Shown here in pieces: positions 58,709 through 64,000 of a stretch of 64,000 nt of DNA (position 1 is the stretch's first letter; every line of letters starts with the position of its first letter). Both the position numbers and the translations under genes were made by a program. The notes below the pieces were generated by a model. That model was not told the origin of the DNA. It did no database searches and saw only the letters and a program-made list of their open reading frames with translations. Source of the stretch: an archaeon (GTDB lineage Archaea > Methanobacteriota_B > Thermococci > Methanofastidiosales > NM3); NCBI GenBank assembly GCA_004212155.1, contig RXIG01000001.1, positions 143,679 through 207,678 on the forward strand, written 5' to 3'.

Positions 58709-58742
58709 ATGGATAAAATATCCATAAAAATGTTTTTATAAA
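58709..58742 (+). promoter_or_regulatory. Perfect palindrome ATGGATA-AAA-TATCCAT followed after 7 nt by TTTTTATAAA
   Basis: Matches the 56680 element in sequence and spacing. Confidence 0.68.
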
Positions 58743-58803
58743 TTGCTATAGAATATATCGTTGATTTATTAAATTAAATAAATCAAAATGGGAGGAATAC
58801 TTA

Positions 58804-60555
58804 ATGGTAGGAGAAATGACACCTAAAAGGAGACACCTTACTGCCTTACAAGGCGGCAAGACAGATAGACCCTCCGTAATAGTCCTTTCGAACTTTGTTC
58901 TTGAGTTGATGGACGCCACCGGCGTTGATTGGCCTGCCTGTCAGGTCGAACCAGAAGCTCTTGCAAAGTTGCAAGCGGGACGATACGAAGTGTGTGGTCT
59001 TGACAGTCTTCTATGCCACAATGATCTTGTAAGTGAAACATCAACGATTGGCGGAGAAGATATTATAGATATTGGAAAGAAGGATCGCCAACCTTCTGTT
59101 ACGAAACATGTGTGGGCCGGAAAAGATCCTGATGATTGCTCTATCCCTGATGATGCTCTTGACCGCGGAAGAAATCCTCTATTGCAGCAAACTTTGGATA
59201 TACTATCTTCCAATTATGGGGACACCGTATCTATCACGAAAATGATAACGGGCCCCATGACTGTGGCAGGCCACCTTTGGGGCGTTGAGCCACTTCTCGA
59301 GATGTCAAAGACAAATCCAGATAAATTCATACAATCAATTGACCTCGTTACTGACCTTTTAATCGACATAGCAAGGGATGCCATCGATAACCATGGTGCC
59401 GATTCAGTATATATGCCTGATCCGACTGCTTCGGGTGACCTGCTCTCCCCCGCAGCTTTTGATCAATATCTCAATCCCATATACAGGCGTTTTACACGCG
59501 CCATAAAGGATGTTCCATCATATCTGCATATCTGTGGTGACACGACAGGGTTCCTTATGTATGCACCGTACAGTGGATTCGATGCTTTTTCGTACGAATC
59601 ACCTGGCTGTTACACTATCGATGCAAAACGAGCTCTGGGTGACAGGATGGCCCTCATAGGGTCTCTTGAAACGGTGCGCGTTATCATGCTCGGTTCACCA
59701 GAGCTCATCGAGAAAGAGGCCCTGCAGGACCTTCGCGACGGTGCTGATATTCTTTGCCCAGCTTGTGGCACGCCACCATACACCCCGCTCGAAAACATCA
59801 AGGCTCTCGTCGATGCGGCCAAGCCAAAGGAGAAGAAGAAAAAGAAGAAGCGGCCAAAGAAGGAGATTGTTGCCGAGTTCATGCCCGAGGATGCAAAGCT
59901 TCGCGAGCTTACCGAGGTCGTTATGGACGGTGACAGTGCAACGAGCGAGAAGCTGACCGTTTCCCTTCTCGATGAAGGATACAAACCACTCGACATTGTT
60001 GAAAACGCACTCCTTCCTGGTGCAATCGCTGTTGCAAAGCTCTACGACGGCGGCTACGTCTTCGTGCCCGAGATCTTGCTTTCGAGCGGCGCCATGCAGG
60101 CAGGTATCAAGCACTGCAAGGATGCAATGGGCGATGTTGCAAAGAAGGGTAAGATCCTTATGCACGTCGCAGATGGTGACGTCCACGAGATTGGCAAGAA
60201 CATCGTCGCAACGATCCTCGAGGCCAAGGGGTATGAGGTTGCTGACCTTGGAAAGTCTGTGCCCGTCGACAAAGTTATTGAAGGGATCAAGAAGGAAAAG
60301 CCTGATGTCGTTTCTGGTACATCGCTCATGACATCTACTCGAAACGCGTTCCCCAAGATTTCAGAGCAGATGAAAAAGGAAGGGATTGAGCTACCTTTTG
60401 TCGTTGCCGGTGGCTCAGTTGACACGACCTTTGCAGAGACCATGGAGTTTGCGATATACGCCGATGGTCCAGAAGTTGGTGATGAGATCATCAAGGCAGC
60501 CAAAGGCGGTAAAGGTTGGAAGGAGATACGGAAAGACGTACATTCTTCATACTAA
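58804..60555 (+). CDS. Fused MT2 methyltransferase and corrinoid protein, paralog 2
   Basis: Same domains and motifs as paralog 1 (LHICG, PACG, DVHEIG); both end VHSSY. Confidence 0.93.
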   Translation: MVGEMTPKRRHLTALQGGKTDRPSVIVLSNFVLELMDATGVDWPACQVEPEALAKLQAGRYEVCGLDSLLCHNDLVSETSTIGGEDIIDIGKKDRQPSVTKHVWAGKDPDDCSIPDDALDRGRNPLLQQTLDILSSNYGDTVSITKMITGPMTVAGHLWGVEPLLEMSKTNPDKFIQSIDLVTDLLIDIARDAIDNHGADSVYMPDPTASGDLLSPAAFDQYLNPIYRRFTRAIKDVPSYLHICGDTTGFLMYAPYSGFDAFSYESPGCYTIDAKRALGDRMALIGSLETVRVIMLGSPELIEKEALQDLRDGADILCPACGTPPYTPLENIKALVDAAKPKEKKKKKKRPKKEIVAEFMPEDAKLRELTEVVMDGDSATSEKLTVSLLDEGYKPLDIVENALLPGAIAVAKLYDGGYVFVPEILLSSGAMQAGIKHCKDAMGDVAKKGKILMHVADGDVHEIGKNIVATILEAKGYEVADLGKSVPVDKVIEGIKKEKPDVVSGTSLMTSTRNAFPKISEQMKKEGIELPFVVAGGSVDTTFAETMEFAIYADGPEVGDEIIKAAKGGKGWKEIRKDVHSSY

Positions 60556-60676
60556 AATCTTTTTTTTCTTTTTTATTCTCTTTTTTTTATTATAATAAAT
60601 ATAAAATGTTCGTAGTGAATGCACGGTTACCGATAAGGTTTTTATAATATTCATGTCATGTTACGTCGGTGTCAGT

Positions 60677-62572
60677 ATGGCCAAGGTAACTTTTGAACCA
60701 TCGGGTAAGAAGATCAACGTCTCCTCCGGCATATCAGTGCTCGAGGCTGCAAACAACGCTGGTGTGGGCATTGATGCGCCTTGCGGAGGAAAGGGGACAT
60801 GCGGAAAGTGCAAGGTCTACCTCAATCAAGGTACATTGGGCGAAGTAACGGCGAGCGAGCGGAAGGTATTTTCTGCAGGTGATATCGAGAAAGGCGCGCG
60901 TCTTGCATGCCGTGCAACGATACAGGGTGACTGTATCATCGACGTACCGAAGGAAAGCCTACTCGGTGAACAAAAGATCCTTGTCGATGGAGCCGAATAT
61001 CCTGTGGAGATAGACCCGTTGGTGAAAGTCTTTAGCGTGACACTGCCCAAACCAACCCTTGAGGACAACGCCTGTGACTGGCATCGTCTTCAGGATGCTT
61101 TGGCAGAACAAACGGACTATGATTCCATTGACATGGACATATCCACGCTGCGAACACTTCCCAAGATAATCAGGGACCACAAGTATACTATTTCTGTTAC
61201 GATGTATCGCAATCGAGTGCTTGCTGTAGGTGACCCCTCGCTCGATGGCGTATATGGTGCAGCCGTTGACATTGGCACCACGACGATGGTCGCATACGTG
61301 ATGGACCTTGTTTCTGGCAAGATCATCGGCGTTGGTTCGATGATGAACCCTCAGATACCGTATGGCGACGACCTCATGGCTCGTATATCCTACTCATTCA
61401 AGGAGGAGAATCTGGAAAAGTTATCCAAGCTCGTGGTCGATGGTGTGAACAAGATCATCAACGAGGGTTGCGAGAAGGCTGGCATCGAGATGTCGTCGCT
61501 TTCAGAAGTAACGATTGTTGGCAATACTGCAATGCATCACATATTCCTGAGATTGTATCCAAAATACCTTTCACTAGCACCGTACTGTCCTGCGGTTCAG
61601 CAGCCGCTTGACCTCCGTGCTTCAGATGTACCCATCAATATCAACCCAGTTGGAAATGTGCATATGCTGCCTGTCGTAGCAGGATTCGTCGGATCAGACC
61701 ACCTCGGCGTCATATTGTCGTGTGATATCCATAAGAGTTCCGAGATGACCCTTGCAATCGATGTCGGCACGAACGGCGAGATCGTCCTAGGCAACAAGGA
61801 TGGGATGGTATGTTGCTCGGCGGCAGCAGGCCCAGCGCTTGAAGGTTCGACCATCAAGTATGGTATGAGGGCAGCTGATGGGGCAATCGAAAATGTCAAC
61901 ATCAGCCGCGGCAGCCTTAATGTCAAGTATAAGACGATAGGTGGCTCCAAGCCGTTGGGCATTTGCGGTTCGGGCATCATTGATGTCGTTGCCGAGATGC
62001 TCAAATCCGCTGTCATCGATGTAACGGGCAAGATCCGCGAGCGACTCGAGGATGAAAACGATCGTGTCCGCGAGGGCGACCATGGATATGAGTTCGTGCT
62101 CGAATGGGCCCGAAAGACCAAGATCAAAAAGGACATCGTCATCACGTCAAACGACCTTCGCGAGATCCAGCTAGCCAAGTCTGCGATGTATGCTGGTGCC
62201 TCGATACTCATGAGCCATAAAGGCATCACGGCCAAGGACATCGACAGAGTTCTCATCGCTGGTGCGTTTGGCAATTACATTGATGTAGAGAATGCCATGA
62301 CAATAGGCCTTTTCCCGGAAGTGCCACTTGACAAGGTGAAGTCCGTCGGGAACGCTGCCGGCACCGGTGCGCGCATGTCACTCATATCGGGCGTGAAGCG
62401 CGAAGAGGAACGCGAGATCCTCGAAAAGCTCCGCTACATCGAACTTGCAACGCACGATACGTTCCAGGACGAGTTCGTCTCTGCCATGAACCTTCCGCAC
62501 AAGGACATATCGCTTTTCTCTGAAACGATGAAGAAGGTCTATGCGCCCATACCCGTGAAGAACAACAGGTGA
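60677..62572 (+). CDS. ASKHA-fold ATP-dependent corrinoid reductive activator (RACo type, N-terminal [2Fe-2S])
   Basis: CGGKGTCGKC...RLAC, DIGTTT, DVGTNGE, AAGPALEG, GICGSG and AGAFG motifs. Confidence 0.92.
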   Translation: MAKVTFEPSGKKINVSSGISVLEAANNAGVGIDAPCGGKGTCGKCKVYLNQGTLGEVTASERKVFSAGDIEKGARLACRATIQGDCIIDVPKESLLGEQKILVDGAEYPVEIDPLVKVFSVTLPKPTLEDNACDWHRLQDALAEQTDYDSIDMDISTLRTLPKIIRDHKYTISVTMYRNRVLAVGDPSLDGVYGAAVDIGTTTMVAYVMDLVSGKIIGVGSMMNPQIPYGDDLMARISYSFKEENLEKLSKLVVDGVNKIINEGCEKAGIEMSSLSEVTIVGNTAMHHIFLRLYPKYLSLAPYCPAVQQPLDLRASDVPININPVGNVHMLPVVAGFVGSDHLGVILSCDIHKSSEMTLAIDVGTNGEIVLGNKDGMVCCSAAAGPALEGSTIKYGMRAADGAIENVNISRGSLNVKYKTIGGSKPLGICGSGIIDVVAEMLKSAVIDVTGKIRERLEDENDRVREGDHGYEFVLEWARKTKIKKDIVITSNDLREIQLAKSAMYAGASILMSHKGITAKDIDRVLIAGAFGNYIDVENAMTIGLFPEVPLDKVKSVGNAAGTGARMSLISGVKREEEREILEKLRYIELATHDTFQDEFVSAMNLPHKDISLFSETMKKVYAPIPVKNNR

Positions 62573-62916
62573 AACAACGAATGTATGATTCCATCGAGGA
62601 GATCGATGAGCAGCTTGAAAAGCTGCGAAAACGCAAGGAGAAGGCAAAAGACCTTATCGACATGAATACGTACGGTGGCCTTGTGCGGGGCAGTGTCCAG
62701 CGAGCAGGCATCAGGGAGAAGGAAAATGAGTTGCTCCGCAGACGTGAGCAACTGCTTAAGCGTGGCAAGACTTCACAGCATGGCCCCTACTTCGAACAGG
62801 CAGGAAAGGCACTGGACAATCTCGCCGCCGTGCTTGCCCATGACCGTCCCGAAGAGGAAAAGCGCATTCGCGCCATGATAAAAGAGTTAAAAGAACTGAG
62901 ATCTGAGTTGGATTAA
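62569..62916 (+). CDS. Hypothetical charged helical protein coupled to the activator gene
   Basis: GTGA overlap with the activator stop; coiled-coil-like composition. Confidence 0.6.
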   Translation: MKQRMYDSIEEIDEQLEKLRKRKEKAKDLIDMNTYGGLVRGSVQRAGIREKENELLRRREQLLKRGKTSQHGPYFEQAGKALDNLAAVLAHDRPEEEKRIRAMIKELKELRSELD

Positions 62917-63200
62917 CGGGGTTTTCCCCCGTACTTTTTCCTTGTTTCCTTTGCCTTTTTTGATGCATCGTCCTGGCGTTTCTTGAAATATTCCGGTCCG
63001 CGCACTATTTCAACAAACTTTGATTGGAAGATCAACCAAAACACGATGATGTATGCGAAAGTGATCAGGTCGTTGTTGGTGATATAGTTGCGTATGAACC
63101 ACACACCACCCACACCGACAACGAATGCGAGGATCGTGAGAGGGAGCAGACGTTCCAATATCTTTGGGTCTAGCTTCTTCTTTTGTTTTGGCATTTTCAT
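62913..63200 (-). CDS. Small two-TM membrane protein with basic termini
   Basis: 95-aa ORF with two hydrophobic segments. Confidence 0.65.
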   Translation of the reverse strand: MKMPKQKKKLDPKILERLLPLTILAFVVGVGGVWFIRNYITNNDLITFAYIIVFWLIFQSKFVEIVRGPEYFKKRQDDASKKAKETRKKYGGKPR

Positions 63201-63206
63201 GGTGTT

Positions 63207-63425
63207 CTACTCCGATTCCAGTTCGTTTCCCTCTTCCTTCTCCTTTTTGCGTTTTTGAGCGGGACTAATAAATTGCCATAGAAATATCAACACAAGGAAG
63301 AATCCAACGACAAATATGTCGAGATAATCTTCTGATAAATTGCCTCCCCCTTGCATCAACCTGTAGGCAAATATGAATATGAACATGACGATAAGTAATA
63401 TACCTACGGCTTTTCTTTCATTCAT
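63207..63425 (-). CDS. Small two-TM membrane protein
   Basis: 72-aa ORF; GGTGA upstream of the start. Confidence 0.65.
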   Translation of the reverse strand: MNERKAVGILLIVMFIFIFAYRLMQGGGNLSEDYLDIFVVGFFLVLIFLWQFISPAQKRKKEKEEGNELESE

Positions 63426-63559
63426 GTAATTTTCACCAGAATTGACTATGTTGGTAGTTTTAAAAAGTTAACGTCACACTGTACAATAGTAGCGCGATAT
63501 AAAAACGATGTTTTAGAAAAATGATAAAAAGAAAAAAAGAGAAGGTGAAGTTTCTTCAC

Positions 63560-64000
63560 CTATTTTTCAGGAGTGACCTTCTCTTCGGGTACATCCTTTG
63601 CCCTGAGCCTCTCGGCTTTCTTCTCCTCCTTCGTACCGTACTCAAGAGCAAGGTAGAAGAGGACACCCATGAGCAGAGCCCAGGTCGCACCACGTGTCGC
63701 GAGGATACCGCCGGTCATGCCTGCGATACCGCGCTCGAGATTGGTCGTCACCATCTCCATTGCCAGGTACGTACAGAGATATCCCTGCACAGCCATCGTG
63801 AGACCGAAGCCGTATGGGAGTGCTGGCCTGACGACGAGCACGAGCGGGTAGACGAGCATGATGATCGACATACCCCAGAAGAGGCCGGTCGCACCGCCCC
63901 AGTAGGAATATTCCTCATCTGGCGTGGAGTTCTTGAACCTGTTGACGACAAGCGCCTGACCCGCTGTCCACTGCGGACCTGCGAGAGGCAGGTACGGCCA
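63560..64000 (-). CDS. C-terminal part of a multi-pass membrane protein, probable solute transporter (5' end outside the window)
   Basis: Frame open from 64000: WPYLPLAGPQWTAGQALVVNRFK..., then several TM segments. Confidence 0.7.
   Translation of the reverse strand, partial: WPYLPLAGPQWTAGQALVVNRFKNSTPDEEYSYWGGATGLFWGMSIIMLVYPLVLVVRPALPYGFGLTMAVQGYLCTYLAMEMVTTNLERGIAGMTGGILATRGATWALLMGVLFYLALEYGTKEEKKAERLRAKDVPEEKVTPEK

Noticed and set aside
56783-62572. Pyrrolysine or selenocysteine read-through in the methyltransferase or redox genes
   Set aside because: The frames are uninterrupted, no in-frame TAG/TGA with continuing homology was seen, and no pyl or sel genes are present

Overview
Gene-dense archaeal chromosomal segment with no CRISPR array, rRNA, intein or transposase visible. 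It is mostly housekeeping: GINS23-MCM, ftsZ-secE-spt5-rpl11-rpl1-rpl10-rpl12, class I LysRS, Nep1, PINA, NreA, EndoQ, DGGGP synthase, Dph6, IscSU, GlmS, Amt-GlnK and two intron-less tRNA-Arg genes. The gins23-mcm linkage, EndoQ, CofC and fused MT2-corrinoid methyltransferases suggest a Thermococci-related anaerobe such as Methanofastidiosia; this is inference, not a database result. Highlights: (1) two tandem MT2-methyltransferase/corrinoid fusion genes plus a RACo-type activator, with an identically placed 17-bp palindrome before each fusion gene and patches of apparent gene conversion; (2) two isolated ORB-like origin-recognition boxes with no cdc6 gene in the window, one upstream of GINS-MCM; (3) an in-frame fusion of RNase P protein Rpp21 to a lipoate-ligase accessory (LplB-like) domain; (4) two ArsR-associated metal(loid)/thiol loci about 9 kb apart that share an operator-like palindrome; (5) the L1 autoregulatory RNA site inside rpl1; (6) a frameshifted MBL-fold gene, two divergent CPxCG zinc-finger microproteins, and a structured non-coding tract beside tRNA-Arg. 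All family calls come from motif recognition by eye, and several start codons are best guesses.
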